From: a virus
Lineage: Duplodnaviria > Caudoviricetes
Reading direction: 5' to 3' (one strand)
IMG/VR virus record: IMGVR_UViG_3300048629_000106
Location: 1-29,592 of that record
DNA length: 29,592 nt
Shown here: positions 18,133 through 25,622 of the stretch, in pieces
Layout of the letters: each line of letters starts with the position of its first letter
How positions within the stretch are numbered: the stretch's first letter is position 1
Notes under the pieces: model-generated
What the model was told of the DNA's origin: nothing
The model's database searches: none
What the model saw: only the letters and a program-made list of their open reading frames with translations
Made by a program: the position numbers and the translations under genes

Positions 18133-18893
18133 TTTAAATATTCTTTATCTTTAGGAAATTCCCTATACTTTAAATGCTTGGGAAACTTGTTAATATCTTT
18201 TTCTATTTTTCCGTTGATTTCTAATTGCTTAATAAACAAAGGAATGTTATTCGTTTTTGCAAACTCTGCAATTTTTTCGATCCCTTCTATTTTTGCAGGT
18301 TGTCTTTTTCTTCCTGACATACTACCAACGATTATCCAATTAATCAAGGCAGGATCAATGTTAAGCTCAATATCTTCCAACAGTGGCTCAAAGGATATAT
18401 ATTTTATCCTTGTATGCCATACTCTTTTAAATTCATTTAGTTTGTGTAGCTCTTTTTGTTGGGTTATTGTAACCCCAAACCAAACATTTTCACTCATCAC
18501 CTTATCTAGTGTTGTATAAAGGCGGTGTTGAGGGTTTTTAGTTAAAATTTGAAAGGTGTGCTGAGGAAGTTTGGTAGCTGCTTCAGCCAAAGCTTTAATA
18601 CATGACGAATCCCAAAAAGCAATATCAGACATACTCCCCACAAATATCTTGCAAGGTTTTTTTGGCGGATTAAATTTTAGGATTTGAGACCATATCGGTG
18701 TTGGTTTAAATCTCTTAATTCTATCACTCAAAGCCTTTTCTTCTGCCGTGGTTTTGTTAAAGAGTTTAGCCTCTTTGCTGGCAATGGTTTTAGCAAATCT
18801 CTTTGCTATTCCACGAGCATAGCAATACTCGCAATTATCCAAGCATCCCCAAACAGGATTCCAAGTATAATCAGTCCATTCTATTTTGCTCAT
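18129..18893 (-). CDS. DUF5131 / phage Gp37Gp68 family protein (radical-SAM-like)
   Basis: MSKIEWTDYTWNPVWGC, CxxxCxxC (CLDNCEYC), IFVGSMSD, FQILTK, NVWFGVTI, SFEPLL, WIIVG, PLFIKQ. GGAG precedes ATG 18893. Confidence 0.88.
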   Translation of the reverse strand: MSKIEWTDYTWNPVWGCLDNCEYCYARGIAKRFAKTIASKEAKLFNKTTAEEKALSDRIKRFKPTPIWSQILKFNPPKKPCKIFVGSMSDIAFWDSSCIKALAEAATKLPQHTFQILTKNPQHRLYTTLDKVMSENVWFGVTITQQKELHKLNEFKRVWHTRIKYISFEPLLEDIELNIDPALINWIIVGSMSGRKRQPAKIEGIEKIAEFAKTNNIPLFIKQLEINGKIEKDINKFPKHLKYREFPKDKEYLK

Positions 18894-19165
18894 GATTGAC
18901 TCCATTCTTTCATTTCTGATTCTGATGGGTCTATAAATCTAAAGTCAATTAATTTACAAAATTCGTTAAAATTTATCGTGGAGCTGTCTAAGTGATGCTC
19001 ACCGACATGGAATGTATGGTTGGTAAGTGTGCAGAGAGTTAATACCTGTTGGGTTTTACACAGTATAAAGCCTGCGACTGGTATGCTCTTGTGTAATAGT
19101 GTTTTTAGTCTATCATAATCGGTTGATAGGCTGTATGGTAGTTTTTGGTAGGTTACATTACTCAT
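18890..19165 (-). CDS. Hypothetical phage protein (~91 aa)
   Basis: AAAGGA 9 nt before ATG 19165; ATGA overlaps at both ends. Confidence 0.7.
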   Translation of the reverse strand: MSNVTYQKLPYSLSTDYDRLKTLLHKSIPVAGFILCKTQQVLTLCTLTNHTFHVGEHHLDSSTINFNEFCKLIDFRFIDPSESEMKEWSQS

Positions 19166-19920
19166 GATTTTATATCCTTTACAATTTCCCATAAATCCTG
19201 TGGGGTGGTTAAAGTTCTTTTTTGTTTATTAATGGTTATTGGCATCGGGGATTCTCCAAGTCGGACTTCGTCAATGTAGTATCTTATCCAGCTAATACAC
19301 TTATGTCCGTTTATTATTGTTGTTCTGTTGCCTGTGGCATCTTCAAGCAGGTTGATTATTGCATCTTCTAGCTGTTCGGGCGTGTCTAGCAGGTTGGCTG
19401 TGTGAGCGTTCGGGAATACCGCCGAAAGTGCATCGGCTTTTTTAATGGCTATTTCCCTTTGTCTTTTTATTGCGTTTATGCTGGCAATAAAAAGTTCTTT
19501 ACTGATAGTAGCTTTGCTAGCTTTGGGCTTATTGCTCAATTCAAACCAAAGTTTTCCGCAAAATGGCTTATCTTTGGTAATATCAAAATATTTAGCTATT
19601 CTTCGCATGTAGATACAATGCTTTTTACTTTTTTCGCTACGTGGGTTTTTAGGTAATTTTGCAAGTTTAACATGCAAATTACCAAGATACCAACTTTTAA
19701 AGTCTTCGAGCATTAACCCTCTTTTATAGTGATTAATGATTTTTTGAACTGGCATAAGGTTGGTCATATCGTTAGGATTACCGCTATGATAATGTGATAC
19801 GGGTTTTATGTGATCAACCTCCCAATCGTCCTCTAACGGGGTTCCTGAGTAAGCACACAGTCCCCCAAATTCAAAAAACAATTCCCTTTTAACTTTTTCA
19901 CTTATCTTTTTTCTTTTCAT
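19162..19920 (-). CDS. HNH endonuclease-like domain fused to a second phage domain
   Basis: GLCAYSG...WEVDHIKP...NLMPVQKIINHYK gives an H-N-N pattern with degenerate Cys ligands. GAGGA SD before ATG 19920. Confidence 0.75.
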   Translation of the reverse strand: MKRKKISEKVKRELFFEFGGLCAYSGTPLEDDWEVDHIKPVSHYHSGNPNDMTNLMPVQKIINHYKRGLMLEDFKSWYLGNLHVKLAKLPKNPRSEKSKKHCIYMRRIAKYFDITKDKPFCGKLWFELSNKPKASKATISKELFIASINAIKRQREIAIKKADALSAVFPNAHTANLLDTPEQLEDAIINLLEDATGNRTTIINGHKCISWIRYYIDEVRLGESPMPITINKQKRTLTTPQDLWEIVKDIKS

Positions 19921-20108
19921 AGTTCTATCCTCTTTTGCTCGCACAAATATTCCGCAGCCTCATCTGTTGTTATGGCTTTTTCGGGAAATATTAGATTCCA
20001 TCCAAGTATTGCCTCTACAGGGAGATTTTTGTGAGCTAAAAAATGTTCTTTTGGCATGTCAGTGTACATTTTTCTAACTGTTTTTATTGACTCATCATCT
20101 GTATTCAT
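19917..20108 (-). CDS. Hypothetical 63-aa protein (WN..FPEKAITTDE domain)
   Basis: AAGGA SD; overlaps the next start; paralogous to the C-terminus of 20884..21609. Confidence 0.7.
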   Translation of the reverse strand: MNTDDESIKTVRKMYTDMPKEHFLAHKNLPVEAILGWNLIFPEKAITTDEAAEYLCEQKRIEL

Positions 20109-20122
20109 TTTTATTTTATTCC

Positions 20123-20311
20123 TTAATTTTGTTCGGTATTGCCCGAATGTTGGATGTTTTTTTGGCGTTCGCTGAATATCTTTCGTAGGATAATAATTCC
20201 TGCTTGTTTATATTCGCTTTTTATTTTGGTGTTGATAAAAGCGTCCTTTAACTCCTTAAAAGACATGCTTATTTTTTCAAGTTCTTTTTCTTTTTTTTGG
20301 ATGTTATTCAT
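20123..20311 (-). CDS. Hypothetical 62-aa protein
   Basis: GAGGA SD; fills the operon in sense orientation. Confidence 0.55.
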   Translation of the reverse strand: MNNIQKKEKELEKISMSFKELKDAFINTKIKSEYKQAGIIILRKIFSERQKNIQHSGNTEQN

Positions 20312-20313
20312 GG

Positions 20314-20877
20314 CTATTCCTCATCCCAATAAGCGTTTATATCTCGCCAATCAGGGAATCTTTCATTAAGAAAATTTTTAACATTTTTACATGCTATCAA
20401 AGAATCTTCTTTACATGCTATCAAAGAATCTTCATATTTTATTTTTTCTTTTCTATAAATAGTGTTAGTAAATACTGTTCTGTTGTTATTTGTAGCGTAA
20501 GCAGTATAACTATCGTTTGTACGAGAGGTTACTACACGATAACAAGTTGCAAACGTTATTGCTGATTTCCTATCATAAGACACAGCTTTATAAAAAATAA
20601 CTGCTCTTAACCTCTTTTTGTCATCAAGTAATTCAGTATACAAAGCATGTTCAGTAGGTTTAAAGTACCATCCATCTGGTAGCTCAATATCGTAAAACAA
20701 ATCATCATCTATCGATTTTTTTAATACTTTTATGCCCATTTTTTCCAATTGTGGCTTGCTATCAATTGGCGGGTATACATTATCATACATTGTAGGTAAT
20801 TTAGGACTATTGCTAATTTCTAATTGCCCTTGTTTTTCTTGGTTATTTAATATTGTTGTGCTTATAATAGTGTTCAT
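20314..20877 (-). CDS. Conserved-looking hypothetical phage protein (187 aa)
   Basis: DDLF...LPDGW..RAVIFYKA.SYDR...FPDW.D..AYWD pattern; perfect 24-bp tandem duplication at 20386-20433. Confidence 0.75.
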   Translation of the reverse strand: MNTIISTTILNNQEKQGQLEISNSPKLPTMYDNVYPPIDSKPQLEKMGIKVLKKSIDDDLFYDIELPDGWYFKPTEHALYTELLDDKKRLRAVIFYKAVSYDRKSAITFATCYRVVTSRTNDSYTAYATNNNRTVFTNTIYRKEKIKYEDSLIACKEDSLIACKNVKNFLNERFPDWRDINAYWDEE

Positions 20878-20883
20878 AATTAT

Positions 20884-21609
20884 TTACATTTCTTTTCTTT
20901 TGCAGTTCTCTGCTGTGTTGTTTTTTAAAATCGCCATTATTTCATCTGTTGTTATAGCTTTTTCGGGGAATGCATTATTCCATATATCGAATGCTGGTGA
21001 TTGTATATCATCTTGGGCAAGAAATTGTTCTCTAGTCATGCTTGCAAATTTGTTTATTATTTCTTTTTCCCTTGCGTCCATAATACCACGCAAAAAAGCA
21101 GAACAATGTTCTATACTCCATTCTGGACTATTGCTTTTATTGGCTGTTTTATTTGCGGCAGTTTCTTTTTTTGCTTGTGTTTTTACCTTTCTTGTCTCTT
21201 TGTAACTTTTGTTATATTGATTACGGTCTTTTTTGCTCTGTAACCTTTCGATTTTTTTAATCGTTGTTTTTATTAATGTATCCAACTTTCTTTTTACTTT
21301 AATTTTTAGAATTAGTCTTATAATTCTACAAGTAAATATAGGAACAATAAGCTCTAAAAATGCTACCATTAAATTTATGATAATAAGTGAACACATAATA
21401 TCTTTTGCCATCTGTTCATCATTAGGGATTATACTTACAAATATGGATATGCCTGTCATAACAAATAAAAATTTCATTAAAGATTGCAAAACATAAAGTT
21501 CGTATTCATGGAACATATATTCCCATAGAAACAAATAAAAATATAACATCCCCATTTTAAAAATCATAGCCGAATTATAGCTAAATTGTATAGTATCTAT
21601 ATAATTCAT
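20884..21609 (-). CDS. Putative membrane protein (about 3 hydrophobic segments, basic stalk, C-terminal FPEKAITTDE domain)
   Basis: Hydrophobic N-terminal ~95 aa, Lys-rich middle, C-terminus shared with the 63-aa ORF. Confidence 0.65.
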   Translation of the reverse strand: MNYIDTIQFSYNSAMIFKMGMLYFYLFLWEYMFHEYELYVLQSLMKFLFVMTGISIFVSIIPNDEQMAKDIMCSLIIINLMVAFLELIVPIFTCRIIRLILKIKVKRKLDTLIKTTIKKIERLQSKKDRNQYNKSYKETRKVKTQAKKETAANKTANKSNSPEWSIEHCSAFLRGIMDAREKEIINKFASMTREQFLAQDDIQSPAFDIWNNAFPEKAITTDEIMAILKNNTAENCKRKEM

Positions 21610-21940
21610 AATTTATTTTTCCTTTTTTTTTAAGAATTACTTTTCCTTTGCTGTGGTCTATAACATAATTTGGCAAATTAAACTTACATATGCCTCGTTT
21701 TCCGTTCCGTGGTGTGTAATACTCACAGTTATCGCCCCCACAAACATCAGGCTCTTTGTGGATGGATTCACCGTGTTTACTGCAAAAGAAATACAGTGAA
21801 CCAATCTCACGCTTCATAGGGATAAGCTCATATTCGTCCTCATTGCATATATCCATATATTCCTGCCACTCGGGCAATGATAGCACCATGCTATCAGGTG
21901 TGTCGGCTATGGTATATAATGTTTCTTTTTTTGCACTCAT
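21581..21940 (-). CDS. Cys-rich hypothetical phage protein (119 aa)
   Basis: FFCSKHG...CG..NCEYYTPRNGKRGIC, a possible metal-binding motif; GAGGA SD; ATGA overlap. Confidence 0.7.
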   Translation of the reverse strand: MSAKKETLYTIADTPDSMVLSLPEWQEYMDICNEDEYELIPMKREIGSLYFFCSKHGESIHKEPDVCGGDNCEYYTPRNGKRGICKFNLPNYVIDHSKGKVILKKKGKINYELYRYYTI

Positions 21941-22344
21941 AATATGTTATCCTCTATTAATTTTATTATTTTTGATTTAATAGCTGGGGTTGCGTAATCT
22001 AACCCTTTTTTATATTCTCTGGTCTTTATTATGTCTGCAACCCATTCAGGACGTAACCATCTAAGTCGATTATAAACCGCACTTATTGTACCTTTTTCTT
22101 GAATTGTAAATGTTTCTGTTGAGGAATCAATTTTAATTTCATAGCCCATTTTGTGGGCTAGCTCTATAGCTTCTTGTTGTTGTGTGTTTAATTCATTTGT
22201 CATGGTTTTATTTTCTTTCTTTTTGGTTTGGTAGGTTGCTCCCAATATGCTATTTTGGGGTATCGGTATGTTATTCTGGTATGGGTTGTTTAACATGTCT
22301 TTCATTTCTTTGTATGTTAAATGTTTTTCGGGTAGTGTTGTCAT
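21937..22344 (-). CDS. Hypothetical protein (135 aa; alternative start at 22203)
   Basis: Operon-oriented ORF with an AAAGG SD. Confidence 0.6.
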   Translation of the reverse strand: MTTLPEKHLTYKEMKDMLNNPYQNNIPIPQNSILGATYQTKKKENKTMTNELNTQQQEAIELAHKMGYEIKIDSSTETFTIQEKGTISAVYNRLRWLRPEWVADIIKTREYKKGLDYATPAIKSKIIKLIEDNIL

Positions 22345-22349
22345 TATTT

Positions 22350-22637
22350 TTACCTTTCTAATTTTTCCAATAGTTCTTTGGGTGAGATACCATTATGGCA
22401 CTCATCACAATAATTTTTAACACAACCCTCTTGGTAGTTACCCATTGTATCAACAAAATGCTTATAATGCTTGTTAATTAAAATATCACAAACACGACAA
22501 ATATATACAGTATATATCATACCGTCGTTAATACACGTTTCAGACAATGTGGTCTTTCCAACCTGTATTTCTTCTCCACAACAATGGCATTCGTGGGGTT
22601 TGTTGATTTTTACAGATTTAGTTCTGAGGCATTTCAT
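22350..22637 (-). CDS. Small zinc-finger-like phage protein (95 aa)
   Basis: HECHCCGEEI..G, CRVC and CDEC motifs; AGGA SD. Confidence 0.7.
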   Translation of the reverse strand: MKCLRTKSVKINKPHECHCCGEEIQVGKTTLSETCINDGMIYTVYICRVCDILINKHYKHFVDTMGNYQEGCVKNYCDECHNGISPKELLEKLER

Positions 22638-22641
22638 CGTT

Positions 22642-22989
22642 TTAAATTCCTATGTATAATATAGATTTTTTTATCCACCACGTTAATTTTTCCCCATTGT
22701 CTAATTCTTGGTTTATTCTTTTAATCATCTTTTCTTTTAGATGATTTTTGACATCTGCTTGCTCTAATACAAAGTGGCGGTTGGTATCCAATATAATTAT
22801 AGTTGGTATCATACCTTTTTCTGGGGTGTAGTAATAAAATCTTATTTTACCTTCTATTCTTTTTATAGTGTTTTTATATTTTTTTGGGGTAGGCAAGAGT
22901 TTTTCTGAATAAATGGCTTCACGAGCGATGCCATTTATTTTACATGTTAACCCACTATCTTTTTGATTTAATATATCAATAATTATCAT
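22642..22989 (-). CDS. Hypothetical protein (115 aa)
   Basis: Strong AAGGAGG SD. Confidence 0.7.
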   Translation of the reverse strand: MIIIDILNQKDSGLTCKINGIAREAIYSEKLLPTPKKYKNTIKRIEGKIRFYYYTPEKGMIPTIIILDTNRHFVLEQADVKNHLKEKMIKRINQELDNGEKLTWWIKKSILYIGI

Positions 22990-23153
22990 ACATTCCTCCT
23001 TTCTTGGGTGGGGGAGTTATTAACCCTTAGATCTGTGATATTTATTTTATACATTGGTTGTTTTTGTTGGTTAAAAACAACCATAGTTCTCTTTGCTTTG
23101 CCGTCTAGCATATTAATAATAGGCTGTATTGCTTCTTGAGTTATTCTATTCAT
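22986..23153 (-). CDS. Small hypothetical protein (55 aa, MNRITQEAIQPIINMLDGK...RRNV), below the ORF-track cutoff
   Basis: Translated by hand; its TGA overlaps the ATG of the next gene (ATGA) and it fills an operon gap. SD is weak. Confidence 0.55.
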   Translation of the reverse strand: MNRITQEAIQPIINMLDGKAKRTMVVFNQQKQPMYKINITDLRVNNSPTQERRNV

Positions 23154-23257
23154 TTTTTAAACTTCTTTCGGTTGGTTTTATGTGGTTTTAATCTGTAGCA
23201 GCTGCAGCTGCTATTTAGCCACAAAAAAATATTTCTTTTTAAAATAGCCAAAATATT

Positions 23258-23695
23258 TTATGTGGTTTTAATTTCTTCGGTGATAAAATCAAACTCTTTG
23301 TTTCTATAACCGCAGGAAAATACGTAAATATATGCATCTTCCAGATTGTGCTTCTGATATTCTAAGTATTCTTCCGCACCTTTCCTCGTAAGAAAAAATG
23401 CAACTGGTCTATCAATCCAAAACCTCATTACCTGCTGAGGCTTTTTCATTCCGCAGGAACATTCTTTAATTTCCCGTTCTTCCTCGTCTGCATCATCATA
23501 CCAACCCTCTTGTGGTCTTTTTTCTTTAAAGTTGGTAATGCCTGAAATTTCCTCGCAATTTAGAGCAATCTGTTCTTCTAATTTTAACACTACGTACATT
23601 GGTTTGCAGGTAAAGCGGTTTTCGCCTACTTCTATTTCTTTAAGTCTTTGTTTCCAAACTTCTTTAATATTGTTAATATTTAATTCTTCGCTCAT
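23258..23695 (-). CDS. Hypothetical phage protein (145 aa)
   Basis: AAGGA SD; C-terminal FFLTRKGAEEYL...HNL...YIYV.S..RN.E pattern that looks like a conserved phage family. Confidence 0.75.
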   Translation of the reverse strand: MSEELNINNIKEVWKQRLKEIEVGENRFTCKPMYVVLKLEEQIALNCEEISGITNFKEKRPQEGWYDDADEEEREIKECSCGMKKPQQVMRFWIDRPVAFFLTRKGAEEYLEYQKHNLEDAYIYVFSCGYRNKEFDFITEEIKTT

Positions 23696-23710
23696 GATTT
23701 TAATTCCTTT

Positions 23711-24046
23711 TTATTGAAAATATTTGCTGTATCCGGGCATTGGTCTGCCCCATTGGCTAGCGTCTTTAACAATTGCACCTGTTGTACAATCAACAAACCA
23801 ACCATTGAATAACACAATTGCATGTGCTTCGTCTGGTACATCTGGCAATTGTATTACCACTATCATAGCATTATATCCATGTCGCTGTAAAAAGTCAATA
23901 AACATACTGCATTTTGCGTTGCAATTATGTTGCCGTAACTCAACAATAGCCTCTAGTTCATTTTGAATAAATGGCTCAAATTGAAATTCCCGTTTGGGGA
24001 AATATTTTTTAATTCTATTCCATATTTTTTTAATAAATTTAAGCAT
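23711..24046 (-). CDS. Transglutaminase/papain-like Cys-His-Asp fold protein (111 aa)
   Basis: HNCNAK (Cys), AHAIV (His) and WFVDCT (Asp) in transglutaminase-like order and spacing; AGGAG SD. Confidence 0.6.
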   Translation of the reverse strand: MLKFIKKIWNRIKKYFPKREFQFEPFIQNELEAIVELRQHNCNAKCSMFIDFLQRHGYNAMIVVIQLPDVPDEAHAIVLFNGWFVDCTTGAIVKDASQWGRPMPGYSKYFQ

Positions 24047-24048
24047 TT

Positions 24049-24666
24049 TTACTCCTGTTCTTGTTTTTGTGATAGGAAAAATCCCTCACCCCCGTCGAAA
24101 ATAAATTTAAACATATCACCATTTATAGGTGTATCATACATTTTTAAGTTTGGCAACATGTATAGTAGCCGCATGGCGTTGGGGTGGAATGTACGAGAAA
24201 ATAATTCTCTACAGTTTTCGGACGATTCAACAACCACTTTTCCTTGATCGCACCACTCGCAATCTTGTTGGTTTGGATATTTATCTCCTGAGACTGTTCC
24301 GATTCCTCCGCAGGTGTCGCATGATACTTCATAACAACTGTAAGCCGTGCTAAAATCAAGAAATCCTGCCCCCTCGCACTCGGGGCAGGTAGTGTATTTT
24401 CCTGTACTATTGCATGTTGTGCAATCGGTCATTAGTATATCAACAGGAGTAATCAGTGCTAGCTTTCCTTTGTTAGGCAAGGAAAACCATTTTATAGCTT
24501 GGTCTGATAATGTCCAAGCTAAAGAGATAGCACCTGATTCGGGAATTCTTATCAAGACTCGTCCATCTGTATAATAATCATACCATTGGTGATTCATTGG
24601 CTTGTTTATGAGTTTATTATTTTTGCTTAGAAACTTGTTTAATGTTTCTTGCTCTATAATTTCCAT
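24049..24666 (-). CDS. Phage protein with DnaJ-type CxxCxGxG zinc-finger repeats (no J domain)
   Basis: CTTCNSTG, CPECEGAG, CDTCGGIG and CEWCDQG; AGGAG SD. Confidence 0.75.
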   Translation of the reverse strand: MEIIEQETLNKFLSKNNKLINKPMNHQWYDYYTDGRVLIRIPESGAISLAWTLSDQAIKWFSLPNKGKLALITPVDILMTDCTTCNSTGKYTTCPECEGAGFLDFSTAYSCYEVSCDTCGGIGTVSGDKYPNQQDCEWCDQGKVVVESSENCRELFSRTFHPNAMRLLYMLPNLKMYDTPINGDMFKFIFDGGEGFFLSQKQEQE

Positions 24667-24678
24667 TGTTATTTACTC

Positions 24679-24903
24679 CTAGTCTTGTTTTTTTAGGTTG
24701 GGAGTTGGTTTAGGTGGTGTATTTTTATTGTCTGTATCATTCCAATTTATAATTATTTTTTTAAGGGGTGTACCAGCGCTGATTATCCCCAGAAATGTAT
24801 GTATCATTGCACTTTGTTCTTTCGTAAGCCCAATTAGGATTATCTCATTGTTGAGCTTTTGTATAAGTCCTATTTCATTTTCCTTTAAGTTTTTAATTTC
24901 CAT
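24679..24903 (-). CDS. Hypothetical protein (~74 aa)
   Basis: AAGGAG before ATG 24903; this start avoids a long overlap with the upstream ORF. Confidence 0.6.
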   Translation of the reverse strand: MEIKNLKENEIGLIQKLNNEIILIGLTKEQSAMIHTFLGIISAGTPLKKIIINWNDTDNKNTPPKPTPNLKKQD

Positions 24904-25165
24904 GGTTTTTACTCCTTCTGCGGTTGGAGCATCTCCAGCAATAGTTTGCTGAGTTACGAGATCTTTGTTCTCCACATATTTTGCATGTATGAATTTTTTT
25001 AATCTCTTTTTTTAATTTATAGGTAGAGTTTGACTTAAGAAATTTTTTGATTGCTTGGAAAATTATATAATTCCCTGTTTGGTTGGTTGATTGGGAATAG
25101 TTATTTAGTTCTTCCCATATATCTTCTGGGAGTGATATTAGTTTTTTGTGGTAGGTCTGTGGCAT
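24893..25165 (-). CDS. Ribbon-helix-helix-like DNA-binding protein with C-terminal CxxC..CxxC
   Basis: KKLISLPEDIWEELNNYS......NYIIFQAIKKFL matches the CopG/Arc pattern; CKIC and CWRC; GAGGA SD. Confidence 0.6.
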   Translation of the reverse strand: MPQTYHKKLISLPEDIWEELNNYSQSTNQTGNYIIFQAIKKFLKSNSTYKLKKEIKKIHTCKICGEQRSRNSANYCWRCSNRRRSKNHGN

Positions 25166-25169
25166 GATT

Positions 25170-25427
25170 TTAATCCTCTATTATTTTTGCTAATAGTTCT
25201 TCTTTGTGGACTATTAGAAATTCTTTATCATTGATAAAAATTGGGTTTCCGCTATAAGTACTGATTACTACAACATCTTGTGGGCGTACATCTTGTGTGC
25301 TTCCTTTTATTAGTCGGCAGGTTAGTGCCTTGTTTGTAGGTTTGGGGTTAATAATAATTATCCCCGTGGGGTTCACTGCTGGTATCACTTCTAGTAATAC
25401 TCTATTGTCGGGTAATTTAATAGGCAT
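25170..25427 (-). CDS. GroES/Cpn10-like co-chaperonin
   Basis: IKLPDNRVLL, TGIII mobile-loop motif, DVVVISTYSG and EFLIVHKEELLAKI in an 85-aa protein. Confidence 0.8.
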   Translation of the reverse strand: MPIKLPDNRVLLEVIPAVNPTGIIIINPKPTNKALTCRLIKGSTQDVRPQDVVVISTYSGNPIFINDKEFLIVHKEELLAKIIED

Positions 25428-25620
25428 TTTTGTTGTCCTTTCTGTAATTGGCTATTTCTGTAGCCATGTAAATTAAGCGATTATTAGTCGCTGGTTTAGG
25501 TTGAGGGTGAAAAGGAAATTTTTCACCGTTTAATATTTTTTCCGTTCTCCATTTCCCTAAATGGGCGGGAGAAATTCCAAGTTCTATTGCTGCTTCTCGT
25601 TCGCTTAGCCATTTTTTCAT
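25417..25620 (-). CDS. Excisionase/AlpA-like helix-turn-helix protein
   Basis: WLSEREAAIELGISPAHLGKWR...RLIY...EI; 67 aa, basic. Confidence 0.75.
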   Translation of the reverse strand: MKKWLSEREAAIELGISPAHLGKWRTEKILNGEKFPFHPQPKPATNNRLIYMATEIANYRKDNKNAY

Positions 25621-25622
25621 TT

